DNA from: Antedon mediterranea
Lineage: Eukaryota; Animalia; Echinodermata
Length of the DNA: 64,000 nucleotides
Assembly: GCF_964355755.1 (NCBI RefSeq)
Contig: NC_092677.1
Location: 18,188,101 to 18,252,100, forward strand
Reading direction: 5' to 3'
Made by a program: the position numbers and the translations under genes
Shown: piece by piece, positions 23,962 through 37,695 of the stretch
How the letters are laid out: the number at the start of each line of letters is the position of its first letter
How positions within the stretch are numbered: the stretch's first letter is position 1
The notes under the pieces: generated by a model
Database searches by the model: none
Seen by the model: the letters and a program-made list of their open reading frames with translations, nothing else
What the model was told of the DNA's origin: nothing

Positions 23962-24033
23962 AGGTCTGTCAATGATGTCAAACCACCAAACACATTTTCT
24001 GGTAATGTAGTTATTTGGTTATATGACAATACC
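23962..24033 (-). CDS. 72-bp single-LRR exon (VLSYNQITTLPENVFGGLTSLTDL)
   Basis: TTTTCAG acceptor, GTGAGT donor, phase 2/2, full typical-LRR consensus LxxNxIxxLPxxVFxxLxxLxxL. Confidence 0.92.
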
Positions 24034-24187
24034 CTGAAAACAGTGAAAAAATGCATTAAATAATTATATGCACGCCTACTAGTACAAAGGGAGAGTACGG
24101 TCAAGAATTAGTTATTTTATTAATCTTCAAAAACAACAAATAGCTAGCTTCCGATTACACATGTAACTTCCACACAGTTAAGCCTAA

Positions 24188-24351
24188 AGCCTTGTCTACA
24201 CTATCAAACTTTATGTGTCAAAAAAATTTGATGTGCCCATAATATATAGACATGATGATGTGATATCACTACCATATTCAAGCATATCACTACCATATAT
24301 AGGCACATCAAACTTTTTTGACAAATAAAGTTTAATAGTGTAGACAAGGCT
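24188..24351. mobile_element. PIF/Harbinger-type MITE
   Basis: ~50-bp TIR AGCCTTGTCTACACTAT..; TAA TSD at 24185-24187 and 24352-24354. Confidence 0.85.
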
Positions 24352-25577
24352 TAAGATGTTACTACTACTTAGGAAATAATAGTACTTGTTGGTGTTATAC
24401 TTTGACCTTAGTTATCATCTATTTATAACTATTTTTCATTCAACTGTTTTTAATTTTAGTAATTATTGTTGACGCAACGGTATAAAAGAAACAACTACTA
24501 ATGTAATTTAAATTAACGGTATGATTTATTTCCAAGTGAATAAGTTTGAGATCCAAATCGGTGAACAATAATATAAGTTTGCAACAAGCGAGAAAAGGTG
24601 TGTATTGATTAAGGACGAGTATTACTGTGTGTTAAAACTTTAGATAATAATTGATATTAAGAGTCACATTCTTTGACCAATAGGAATTAAGAATTATAAT
24701 AATGTCCTTATCATATGGATAGGGAGTAACCACATTCCTACCTGTAGACTACTGTAGTGGCCTGTGGTTAATTAATACTTTTACATGTGCTTTTACTGGG
24801 AAAAGTTGGTAACTGTCTAAACGACCTTGCTATGTAAAGAAATGCAATGTTGTATACCATGTATGTATATGTATACCACTCTGGTAGAGTAATTTAAATA
24901 TAAAATAAATTAAAAGTTCTATGAAAACCACCCATACTGATTATTAACAGTATTATGAGACTGATACAAATTCATTTATGTTTTATCTGTAACTACATAT
25001 AATCATGTTGTAATAACCATATGAATATGATTCGTAAATATGGATTAAATACGCCCACCGCCGGTGGTGCTACAGTAACTGAATTAAAGAGTATTGTTCG
25101 CATAAACAATGCCAAAATAGAAGAGAAGAGAAAAAAGAAAGAGAACGTATTCCATATGAAACGGACAGATACTAAAATATTCATATCTGAAATTAAATTA
25201 TTAATATCCCTCCTGAGGCAAAACTGTGCCTGAAAATAAACATTCAAAGAATTACACCGTTGAACCCTGGTTGAATGACAACATTGTTAACCCGATACAA
25301 TTTTCTGCCAAACGAAACGACTTTCACCTAAAAAATGTAAGGAATATGAACAATAAAACTGTCTGAATAAAACTAAGATCTAAAACCTAAGACTTAAGAT
25401 ATCTTAGATTTCTAGATCTCGAAAATTTGTTTTTAATGGTGGGTAATGCATTTTAGTTACTTTTTAATGGTTAGAATTAGACCACTAAATGGGGTTTATT
25501 CCTATGATTTTCAGTAAACAATTTTAGATTTTCTGGTGGTACAGGTCATTCTTATCATCTGAACATAATAATATACC

Positions 25578-26925
25578 TCTATATATAAATTTACGTAAGA
25601 GCAAAATTCGGTAAATCGTGCGTTACTTCTGGAATGTTTACTCGACGCAATGTCCCCGGAACCACCGGTAGGTGGCACTGTACACGACTAAAGCTTTCAC
25701 GGGACACACTTAATACTTTCGTAGAGAGAAATCAGGTAATGACCTAAAATTCCACAGATATGTATGTTGTAGCCAACATATTGACATTGTATCGCATGCC
25801 ACGCCTTAGAATGGTTTCAAGAGGGTTGGAAATGCTGAAAAACATACGAAACAGTATATATCTGAGCCAAAAAGTGAATGTTATTATTTTATTTAAAGTA
25901 CCTGTGACGTCACAAAGAACATTATCTTTAGCATTTCTTCGGAAACAACGTATTCGGAAGCATTGGGATGTTCGGAAATATCACCCAAACAAAGTTCAAA
26001 ATGATCATGTTTATTTGTCGGTTAAAATGCTTACGTATAGGTTTTATTCATTCATATACAAAGTAAAATCCAATTGAATCGAGGAGCTGGATGGCTCAGT
26101 GAGCTTGTATTGAGGGTACGGGGTTGCAATAATTCTCTACTTGACAATCTTTTCAAATATTTTTTTTAGCTTGAGAGAGATTATTTAGAGGGTTAGGTTT
26201 TTAGGACGAATTTTATTACTTATTTTTTTATCAAGACAAGTTCATAGTAGATAAAACCAAGCCGTCAGACAGATAGACGCACTATTAGACTAATGTGAGT
26301 ACAGACAGATAGGTGAGAGGATGCATTCCCCGTATGGGTAATGCATCCTCTCACCACCAGAATCCTTCATCAACAACAGTCATCCTCCAAGCTCAGGAGG
26401 AACATAACACAAACTTATGTGCAACATCAAAACAGCTCAAGACATGTACACCAGTACAGTGAAATCCCTTCACCAGGCCATGCCTTCAACAAACACTGCA
26501 TGTTAGCCAAAGTAATCTATATTTACTTTTCATCTGACCAGACGCAACACAAGGCATTTATCTCTAGTTCCGAAAAACTGTTGATGGTATGGTTCGTACT
26601 TTCGGTACTGATTTTAACCACCTGATGTAACCCTGTTTACTAATTAAATTGAGTTGGATAATTAGTTACGGATTTAGGTTCAACGATTTGTCCCAAATAG
26701 GGGTGTTTTCCGATCGTGTTATAATTTGTCTAATGGATGTCAATCTTGAAAAAAATCCCGCACAAAATAATACGAGGATGCTTTGAATTTTCCTCCTACG
26801 ATAATTGTTTTTAATAGCTGAAACCGGTTGAACAGTTCAAGTACAGCATCATAATGCTGAATACAGGCCAATTTTCTTTAATAAATACTATTTTGACAGA
26901 TTTAATACACGTACGTTTATACAAT
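25578..26925 (+). mobile_element. Non-autonomous Helitron, 3'-truncated copy of the 51562-53097 family with ~940 bp of extra internal sequence
   Basis: Same 5' end TCTATATATAAATTTACGTAAG; 26584-26920 aligns with ~51628-51990. Confidence 0.7.
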
Positions 26926-28549
26926 GATTCGTACTTCATAAAGACAACTAATGATAGACTCGGTATTGGAATACGATTGGATATTGCAAGAAAAATATTT
27001 GTGATGTTGCATTCGGCCAATATGTTCCTGTCCAGCTTGTAAAATGTTGTATAATTGTTTTTATTATAAAGCAATAATATTTGTACAGTATATTATTTTG
27101 TAAACATTCAATAAATAAAAAATACTACTACAACAGTACACAGGATAAATTCTTCAAATTTACTTATACTTCATAATTTTACTGTAAATATTACAGTGCA
27201 AAAGGAGTTCCTAAAAAATATATATACAGTATAATATCTTATTGAATTCCTGTACAGTATTGTTTTTTGTGTCAATCTGTCTACTAATTATCAATGTGTT
27301 GATTGTGGCAGTAATTACGGCAGCTATAGTCTTCTAAGATCGCTCATATCCATTACAAAGTGTCATTTTAATAGTAAGAAATGTTTCAATAAATTGTGAA
27401 TGTTGCCACTGTACGATACATTTTGTGTTTCTTACTACAGTACTTCACTTGCTCTTATTGTTCAATCAATGTGAATACCTGAAAAAAAAAGAAACTTGTG
27501 TCAAAATATCTGCATAAAATAGTTAATTGTGCGAATGTTGATTTGAACCTATTGCATTTGATGCAGAAAATATTTTTTAAATACTGTACTATACAGTAAA
27601 CATCTAAAACAATATTTAGATTTATTTGGTAATTTTCTCTGCAGAATAGATAGATAGTTGAAATCTTACAAAATTAAACCAATTCATCATGATGGAAACA
27701 AAAAATTATAAAACAAAAATACATTCCTCCTAGTGGTGGTCTAGCCCTAGCTAGCAGTGTACTGCCTAGCCTAGGCCTACTACACTCTACTTCTAGAACA
27801 GAAGGAGGCAGCAGTAAGGCTACTCGAGACTGCCTGCCATGGTTGTGCTAGTACTACTACTACTAGGCCTAGTGGTAATAGTAGACTATCACTAGGCCTA
27901 GTACAGTAGCAGCAAATTCGGGCCTAGGCCTAGCTAGGCCTCTCCTGCTAGCGAAACAAAAACTCACCTAAATGAATAAGATTCAACATCAAAGTTACCA
28001 ACTGCAGTTCTAACTTAGTATTCTGCTAGCCATAGTGTTTTCTTCAAGATTCGTCTCGCGTCACTCGACTCTCTCTCTCTCTCTCTCTCTCTATGCATTG
28101 CTATCGTCGCGTTTATTAGCTGTTTGTTGAGAGCAGCATCATCCACACGATGTATCCATACAATATGAATATATATGAGTTAACTCAGGTCAAGGGTTAA
28201 ATTAAACCGGAACACGTTTGTCTTCCAGACAAGTAGCTTCCGGTTGGTTAATTTTTGCTTTAAATTAATAATAATTTTTTTTTTCCGATCCAAATTGAGG
28301 TCAAAGTGAATAACTTTTATGTGCAATTAAAATGGCCTATTCAACAAAAATATTAAAAAAAAAATGTTTTCAGGGGGACAATACATCTTTAAGCTCCAGT
28401 CCTATCATTTCTTTTCTTCAATCTTCCAAAGGACTTCTATTGATTGATAGGATAGCAGGAGAAGAGGGTCCAGATCCCATAGTCATTTCTTTACTTGGTT
28501 CCTAATCTACTTTTTGAATAGAATGTCAATATGCGTGCAATTTAGGGAT

Positions 28550-31500
28550 TATAAACAATCAATTGTAATCCACAAACATCTTCAGTATACAACAAATTGG
28601 CGACGAAGATTAAAATAAGGTAACGTTATAGAACAATTATAACCAAAAATGCCTACAATAGGAAGCATAGAAGCCTACGATAACAATGCAGAAGATTGAA
28701 CCGCATATGCGGAAAGGCTAGAATCCTATGTTGACGCTAATGGTATAGCGGATGATAAACGGGTAGCAACACTACTGACAGTGATAGGACCCAAAACATA
28801 TGGCCTGTTAAAAGACCTATGCACACCAGACATACCAAAAACCAAAACGTTTAAAGAGCGATTTACTAAACACGCATTACTCACCCAAGCCTTTAGTTAT
28901 AGCGGAGAGGTTCCGATTTTACAAACGAAATCAGAAACCAGGAGAGTCAATAGAGGACTTTCTAGCTGAACTGAGGCATCTGACTAAACACTGTGATTTC
29001 GGTGACAAGCTAAGCCATCAGGGATAAACTAGTTGTAGGGTTGCAGTCAACAGCCATACAAAAACGCCTCCTAACAGAAAGCAACTTAACACTTACAAAA
29101 GCAACCGAGTTAGCCTTAGGAATGGAATCTGCTCTAAAAGACGCCACAGAAATAAGTGGTAAACCAATCGCCAGCACTGATTACGTCGCACGCAAAACTT
29201 ACAAAGCACAGCACACTAAGCCTAAGTCAATATGCCACCGATGCGATAGCAACACGCACCGATCTGAAAATGCAAATTTATCGACACGATATGCAATTTC
29301 TGTAAGGGCAAAGGTCACATCGAAAAAGCTTGCTTCAAAAAGAAGAAAAGTCAAGCGGGTTCAAAGGCGAAACCTGCATACAAAGGTACGAACCGTCACA
29401 AAACAATTTCACAATGCCGAGGGAGAGTCGGACGATGACGTTGAATTAAAGGGACTCGATCAAATTACAGTGACAATTGACAATATTGAATCTGATACGA
29501 CTCCAATTTGGATCCAACCATACATAAACGGAGTGAAAGTAAATATGGAGCTAGACACTGGTGCTACTAACTCAATTATGAACCACAATGATTTTCGCAA
29601 GTATTTCCCGAACATGAGGTTAGATACGGTTCTAGAAAAATTCAAAACATACTCCGGCGAACCAATTACATGCATTGGTGCTTGTAATGCTCACGTGAGT
29701 TACAATGGACAAACGGCAGATAGCAGATTGTTTATTGTAGAAAATGGTGGCCCTCCATTATTTGGAAGAGCGTGGTTGAACAAGATTAAGCTACCATGGC
29801 ATGAAATCTTCAATGTAAATACAAACAGCCAAGCTCATACAAAAGTTACTCAGCTGATAGAAACATACGCTGAACTCTTTTCAGAAAGAGTGGGTCTACT
29901 GAAAGGACAAAAAGCAAACCTTCACATGGAAGAGAACGCTACACCAAAATTCTGCAAAAGCAGGGAAGTACCTTACGCACTGCGACCAGCAGTAGACAAG
30001 GAACTCGACAGACTCGAGAAAGAAGGCATTATCACACAGATCAAATTCAGCGAATGGGCTACACCTGTAGTTCCCATTGTAAAACCCGATAAGTCTATTA
30101 GATTATGTGGTGACTATAAGGTCAATGTCAACCCGGCAATAAAACCTGACAAACACCCAATGCCAAAAATTGAGGACATATTTGCGACACTAGCTGGAGG
30201 AGAGAAATTCTCAAAGTTAGACCTAAAAAACGCATACTTACACTTGGAAATGAGTGAGGAAACAAAACGAATACTCACCATTAACACACAAAAAGTGCTA
30301 TACCAGGTAAATAGACTACCCTACGGTATAACCCCAGCGACCGGCATATGGCAGCGGATTATGGAGCAAGTACTCCAAGGTATCCCAGGAGTTGCCTGCA
30401 TACTAGACGATATGATTATAACTGGTCAAAATGACGACGTTCATTTGGAGCGCCTAAAACAAGTGTTAGAAAGACTAATGGAAAATGGTCTAATTCTGAA
30501 TAAGAACAAATGTCAATTTCTGAAAACAAAGGTAACCTTCTTAGGTCATGTGATAGACAAACAAGGTCTTCATAAGTCGTTGGACAAGATTGACGCGGTA
30601 GTAAATGCCCCAGCACCCACAGACGTATCAACGCTACGATCGTTTATTGGTTTAATCAATTATTACCATCGTTTCTTACCCAACTTGTCATCTATTCTCT
30701 ACCCATTACATCAGCTACTACAGAAAGAAAAAAAATGGAAATGGTCTAGCGAATGTGAGAAAGCATTTGTTAAAGTAAAAAACATGATAGCGGAAGAGTG
30801 TGTACTCGCGCACTACGATCCAAAGCTACCTGTGAGATTAGCAACTGACGCATCCCTATACGGTCTTGGCGCCGTATTATCACACGTCGTAAATGGTGAA
30901 GAACGCCCAATAGCGTTTGCTTCGAGAAGCCTTACTGTCGCGGAAAAGAATTATTCGCAAATAGACAAAGAAGCGCTAGGTATCGTTTATGGAGTAAAGA
31001 AATTCACAGCATACCTGTTAGGGAGAACATTCACATTGTTAACCGATAACCAACCACTCACAAGACTGTTTAGCCCAACGAAAGCGATTCCAGCTACGGC
31101 AGCAGCCAGGTTAACGCGACAAGCAATTTTTCTTTCGGGATTTGACTATGAAATCGTCTACCGTCCAAGCGCAGATAACATGAACGCTGACGCATTGTCG
31201 AGACTACCACTACACACGCGAAGTGAAAAGTCAAACAAACCTGACGACATAGAGTTATTTTACGCGGATTGCTTTGAAGCACTGCCTGTCACGTTTAAAC
31301 AAATTAAGGAACATACCAGACGTGATCCAATATTATCTAGAGTACTAGAGTACACGAAAAGTGGTTGACCCAGCCAACGAGACGACGAACTTGAAGCATT
31401 TTATCGTAGAAAGGACGAATTAAATCTAATCGATGAATGTTTATTATGGGGGAACCGAATAATTATTCCTCCCAAACTACGCAAAGAAGTAAGCGACGAA

Positions 31501-33153
31501 CTCCACCAGGGACATCTCGGGGTAGTAAAAATGAAATCTATCGCGAGAAGCTACTGTTGGTGGCCCAGAATGGACCACGATATTGAGACATTAGCAAAAG
31601 CATGTCCAGGTTGCCAACTTAACATGAAGGAGCCACCAAAAGCACCATTACACCCGTGGGAGTGGCCTAAAAACGTATACGACCGCATCCATATCGATTA
31701 CGCAGGTCCTATCGACGGCATTATGTATTTAGTAGTTGTAGACGCGCACTCCAAATGGCCAGAAGTATTAGCGACTAGAGATACCTCTTCGAGTAAAACC
31801 ATTACCATGCTGAGAAGTCTATTCGCACGATACGGCCTATGCAAGATACTTGTGTCGGACAACGGACCGCAATTTAAGTCAAGTGAGTTTGAAATGTTCT
31901 TGAAAAGCAATGGTATCACTCACATTACTTCTGCAACATATCATCCTGCGACTAATGGTCTCGCAGAGCGCATAGTCCAAACATTTAAAAATGCCTTGAA
32001 AACGGCAAAACTGGACAAAGGAAGTAAACAGCTAAAGTTAGACAATTTCTTATTACACTACAGGAATTCACTACATGCTACAACCGGTGTAAGTCCAATA
32101 CAGTTATTCATAAATAAAAATTTGAGAACAAGACTTGACCTAATTAAACCTGATCTAAAGCGGAAAGTGTTCGAGAATCAAAACAAGCAAAGAGTAAACC
32201 CAGAAAAGCAACGCGAATTCAAAATTGGACAAAAAGTGTTAGCTAGAGATTACAGAAATAAGGATAAGTGGGTAACAGCTGAAATTATAGCAGTAAATGG
32301 CCCACTGTCATACGAAGTGAAAACACAACAAGGAGGACTGTGGAATAGACATGTCGAACAATTGCGCAAAACGCTATTGAAAACTACAGAAATCACCCCA
32401 CCGACATTGACACCACAGTACATACCGGAAGCGACACCAACACCAACAAAGGAAACACCACCTTCAATCGCAAACAATCAACAAAGCGAAGAAGCAGTAA
32501 ATAAAGAAATCATGAACGCTAAAACACCAAGACGCTCCAAGAGAGTGGTCAAAAGCCCTAAAAGGCTTATAACTGAAATATAATGAACTCATTGTCTTCC
32601 AATAAAATACACAAGACTTTTGAACTGAACATTGATTTTTAATTCATATATAAATCTCAATTATTCTGTTTCACCTTGTACAACAATATATATGTAATGG
32701 ATGAACACTAAACTGTTCACTATCAATATCATTATTAATGGACCTTAAGATATATTCACTTTACAGATTCATAATTTTAAATATGTTTGTATGTCTAAAT
32801 AGGAACCAAGTCAAATAGCATACAATTATTGAATGTTCTTTTGTTTATATCGTATAATAAAACTTAAAATAATAAAAAAAATATAAAACATAGAAAAAAT
32901 ATTCTTACGGATAACTTTAACTCATATATTGTTGACACACCCAAATGTTTAACCCACCTTTAAATTATTTCTGGGAGAATTGTAATGTATTATGTATAGC
33001 TATAGTATTCTCAGATACTCCTAAATATTAGTATAGCGCCACCTATGTTGAAATAAAACTGATTTACAAAATGGACGATTGTTTACACTGTGTTTAAGTC
33101 ATGAGGTCTATAAACAATCAATTGTAATCAACAAACATCTTCAGTATACAACA
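28550..33153 (+). mobile_element. Ty3/Gypsy (Mag-like) retrotransposon #2, degenerate, with the 5' LTR reduced to its last 45 bp
   Basis: 3' LTR 32981-33153 (TGTAA...CAACA, 173 bp); 28550-28594 matches its last 45 bp; TSD GGGAT at 28545-28549 and 33154-33158; PBS TGGCGACGAAGAT at 28598. Confidence 0.93.
28649..32583 (+). pseudogene. Gag-Pol of Gypsy #2 (protease, RT, RNase H, integrase) with stops and frameshifts
   Basis: MPTIGSIEAYD..ED*TAYAERL gag start, LDTGAT protease, CILDD RT, TDAS RNase H, HIDYAGP/SDNGPQF/NGLAER integrase; W>stop at ~28697 and 31366. Confidence 0.92.
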
Positions 33154-34446
33154 GGGATAATCTTTGTATAGGTATTCAAGGATTGGCCAGAAACTGTACA
33201 TAGGGTCTAAGTGTTGACCAAAGCAATGTTCAATTGTATATCAACCCTTTATCTGCTCTGCTGTTCATTTATCAGATAGAATTTAAGTGTGATATTAGTC
33301 TATATTGTGGATTTAGTGTTCATTTTGAAAGTTTTGATTATTATTTTGTATATTTTTGACAAGAGAACTAAATAAAAGCAAGCAGAAGAAAAACGAATGC
33401 AAAAGAAACACAGTGTGGCTTTACGTATTATTCCATAACACTACTTCTTCCCGATAATCAATGTTGTAGACAATTTTAGTTTTGCCATTCTGACCTGTAT
33501 ATCTAGACTTTAATATTTTATCTGAACTGTGCTAAAAGCAAGTGTATTCACTGGTCAACAAACAAAGAATGTTAATTGTCACTGTGGCTGTACTGATAAT
33601 ACAGTACCCCATGTACTGTAGGTCACAAGTAGCACAAAAAGGAAAAAACATTAACAAATAAATAACCTGTTTACTATCTATAAGTTCGGGATAATTAATA
33701 TTGGTTTACAGTGAGCTTAATTTCTTTTTTTAATTGTTATTTTAATTTACTTTACAATCTTTGTATTCCATTCAACTAATAACTAAAGTTGTTTCAGGCA
33801 TCTATAATCAAAAGATATATAGTAAACTAATATATCTTTCTGCTTATATTCAGATGTTTATCCCTACCAACCCAAACTTCTTCCCATCTGATTGGCTACT
33901 GATGTAAAAAAAAGGTGTCGGTTTCATTAATAATTGGTCACTATTTCCTCTTTTTTTTTATACACAAGAGAGCTGTTAAAATAATAGGTTTGACCCCAAA
34001 AGTGACTGGAAACAGACACTTTCCATCATCAATACAGTATCCCTTTGGAAGACTAAAAAAAAATCATAAAGTGGGACTGGAGCTTTAGCCAGCTATGTCC
34101 CTAGAGACCTACTCATTCAGAAGATATATCAAACGGAAAGCTTATAAACTACGGCTGATATTTTTTATATTTTGTAAACTCGACTAATTGATAGGCCCAA
34201 GCTGCTGGACCCAAAAACGTCTGGGAAAAGAGAGTCTATGAGGACTCATGGTTGAATGATTTTGCATTCTCGTCCTTCGATTGGTTGACTCATGGAGAAA
34301 TAAATTTCTCCATGGTTGACTTGACGCGAATCAACACAAAGTGAAATCACGATGTAGCGGGGACTGCATGTCCATCCAACACACGGGAAAATAATGTATT
34401 GAAATTCTTTGAATATTAGGTTAAATAAACACTCTTTTTTATTTAA

Positions 34447-35072
34447 AGACCCCTTCCCTGCAATTTTGGACGTTTTTTGGAAAATAATACATATATATCA
34501 CTTTAAAAACATTAAACCATGTCATTCCTTGTCTTAAATGTACGTTTTATGGTAAATTATGATAAAAAGTGAGAAACAATGCACTACCTAAGTAGCTCGC
34601 GGCGATCGACCTCTGGTGGACGGTCTTAGGCCTAGCCTAGCTAGGCTTAGTTTTGTAGGCCTAGCTGGTAAACATCGATAACGTACGAACATCGTACGCT
34701 AGCTATATACCTAGCCTGACGTTGTATAGTTGCTGCATTAATTGTCTTTCTATTTTTGCCAGACTCCGTTGATACAAATTGGGGAAAACCCGGTATTTTC
34801 GCTGAAAAGTTAGGAGTCTTCCATTTGTTTTGGATTCACGATCGATCGAAAAGTGGGCGAATTACAGGTGAAAAACAAAAATATCAATCCGCGCGCAATG
34901 CATTTTGGGATTTATAGCGGGCCGCTATAATTATTAGAATCGATTTATTTTTCACATTTTTAACCGTTTAAAGACGAAAAAAGTTATCGCAATAGGACCA
35001 TATAGTATTATTTTTACATTAAATATAGTTTGTGATCTTAAATTAGATCTAAAAAACGTAGGGAATGGGGCT
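34447..35072. mobile_element. Kolobok-type non-autonomous element
   Basis: TTAA on both sides (34443-34446, 35073-35076); imperfect TIR AGACCCCTTCCCT/AGCCCCATTCCCT; internal segment 34660-34750 also present at ~17645-17745. Confidence 0.75.
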
Positions 35073-35709
35073 TTAATAAACATGTAATATCATATTTGAT
35101 TGAATTTGAATGTTGATATACAAAATATATTACTAAAAACCGTAATTTTTTAAGTTCATATTTCCTACTAAGGGCGAAATCTATATACTTCGTTCGTGGC
35201 TAAAAACGATTATTTTCGGCGATGTTTTGGAACTTATATTTCGAAAACTACAAGTCAGATTTTCAAAATTCTTTCTTTATTTTAATATTGATACAAAATA
35301 TCACTTTTAATGTTGCATCGATATCCCAAGCCAGGTAGTAGGCCTATATACAAGTGTGTTGGGTCAAATCGGGGAGTAACTAATGCTCCTACCATGTATG
35401 GACCTATACATTAGATAGGCCCATGCTCCTATCCTGGAATATATAGTCCTACATATACTGTAGTTTGTTCATGATTATGTCTTTGTTCTGTACAATATGC
35501 TAGCATAATTATAAATGTTTACTACTGATTTGTTAAAAAAAATAATTGATATGATAAAACATTATATCTGAATAAAGAACAATGATTAACATTGTTAGTA
35601 AAAAAGTCGAGCGATGATTTTTCTAAGAAACATTTCTTAGTATTGCAATTAAACCACCACCCACACCACCACCCTTCCCCCTCAATGGCATGAGTAGCCA
35701 ATATAGGAT

Positions 35710-36705
35710 CACCCCAAGGATGCGTGTTAAGCCCCCTCTTATTTATTTTATATACCAATGACCAATGAGTCAACTTCTAGTAACATTATTTTAAATACGC
35801 GGATTACACCGCCATTGTTGGCCTATTAAAAAACAGAGCTAGTGAAACTGAATATCATTATGAAATCGTTGCTTTTTCGAATTGGTGTAAGACAAATTGC
35901 CTCTTACTAAACGAAAAGAAAACCAAAGAAGTAATAACTGATTTTCAAAAAAATGTACTGCTCTGACTCCCCTAAAAATTAATAATCAGGAAATTGAATC
36001 TGTTGAAAGCTACAAACACCTAGGTGTGACTGTTGATAACAAATTTAGCTGGGAGAAACACTGTAAAAATACTATAAAAAAGGAAATACACGACTGTTCT
36101 TTCACAGAAAACTGAGAAATTATGGGGTAGATAGAACTGTATTAAATTTATTTTACTCTTCGATTGTTGAGAGTGTGCTTACTTTCTGTTGTGTTTCCTG
36201 GTTCTGTGGATGTAGAACAGAAGAAAAAACCAGATTACAACGAATATTAAATAAAGTAGGTAGGATCACAGGATCTAGACATAATTTGGATGACCTTTGC
36301 AACAAAATCATAAGAAATAAGGCTATGAAAATATGCGACGACTCAAACCACCCTTTAAATAAACATTATGTTAAAATGAGATCAAAAAGACTAAATGTGC
36401 TGAGATCGTGCAATAGTAGGGTTATGCGATATTTTAATTCTTTTGTTCCGTATTCCATTAGACTGTTAAATGATATTGCATAATTTTTGAAATATTTGAT
36501 GTATTGCAGCTTTTTATTATTTATATAGTCAATAGTAGTTTTATGTTCATACTTGTACATTGTTAAATTGTATATAGTGTTTTTAAATATTGTAATTAAT
36601 CATTTTTATATGAAACGTTTTATATATTTTTGTACTATATTGTGAAAAGCACTCAAAATATTTTCCTATGTGGACGAAATAAAGTTATCTTATCTTATCT
36701 TATCT
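35710..36705 (+). mobile_element. Degenerate Rex1/Babar-type LINE 3' fragment
   Basis: PQGCVLSPLLFILYTND, KYAD, LNEKKTKE, FYSSIVESVLTFCCVSWF; AATAAA followed by a (TTATC)n tail at ~36685-36705. Confidence 0.85.
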
Positions 36706-36774
36706 TTTAAAACCAGTATAGATTAGACATTGTAGATGTCACGAAGCGTCAAGATCCCGGCTTTGATAAGAGCA

Positions 36775-37211
36775 TCTATATATAAATTATGGTTAATTCT
36801 GACATAGGCGAGCACAATGCAAAACTTCGGTACAAATCTCCGCCTTGGATAACTACATTATCTATCTCAGATGTACCGCGAAACATAGATTTGATAACAT
36901 TAGATTTCACATCGATGCACAAATTTGGGATCGAGGCAAATTATCGAAACATTGTACTAGGTACAGGAAACAAATATGTAGATCACATGTTCTCTATTGG
37001 ATGCTTCTGCGTTTACAAGGCACATACTTTGAAAAATGTAAACAAATGGACCGGATCATTGTCTCGTCTTTTTATGGCGGAAAAAAACAAAAGATCTTAC
37101 CTTAATCACCTATTATAATTTATATTGATGTGAATCTGATTATTTAAAATATATTACATAATAATGTTGTATAATACACATAGGCAGTTTCATTTTATCT
37201 TATATGAAATA

Positions 37212-37243
<32 letters not shown>

Positions 37244-37580
37244 GTATAAATTAATATTGAAAACAAAAAAGAAACGTAACGCAACATAAGTAACGCACGA
37301 GAAGATAAGCAAACAAATATAACCATGAGACATAAAACTAGACACAGGCGTAAGAAAAGCATTTTTAATATTTTTGTTTTTGTTTTTTTTTTATATTCGT
37401 ATTTTAAAATAATGTATATAATCTGTATATAGGGTATAAATGAATTATATGTCAAAAATACTACCGAAAATAACTATACAACATTAGTAAATGTATCTCC
37501 TACAGCACATTTATTAGTTAAGTGTTCACAATGTTAGATGTTGAGAATTATAGAACAAAACAAAATACTAGAAAATTATG
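36775..37580 (+). mobile_element. Helitron-like 5' end joined to an L1/Tx1 3' fragment
   Basis: A|TCTATATATAAA start at 36775, shared with 44854; from ~36915 it matches ~14855-15520. Confidence 0.55.
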
Positions 37581-37645
37581 AAAAAAGGTGAATAACAGAA
37601 AAGAAATAATGCTCTGATTCCAAGAACAGTAACGTTGATAAAATA

Positions 37646-37695
<50 letters not shown>

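Larger units (their letters stand above)
28392..34084. mobile_element. Putative Kolobok-type non-autonomous element hosting Gypsy #2
   Basis: 11-bp TIR AGCTCCAGTCC (28392) / GGACTGGAGCT (34074-34084) with TTAA-like flanks; it abuts the right end of another Kolobok-like element (GGGGACAATACATCT-TTAA at ~28374-28392). Confidence 0.45.

Noticed and set aside
32584-32980. env-like or extra ORF after Gypsy #2 integrase
   Set aside because: About 400 bp of AT-rich sequence with no ORF.
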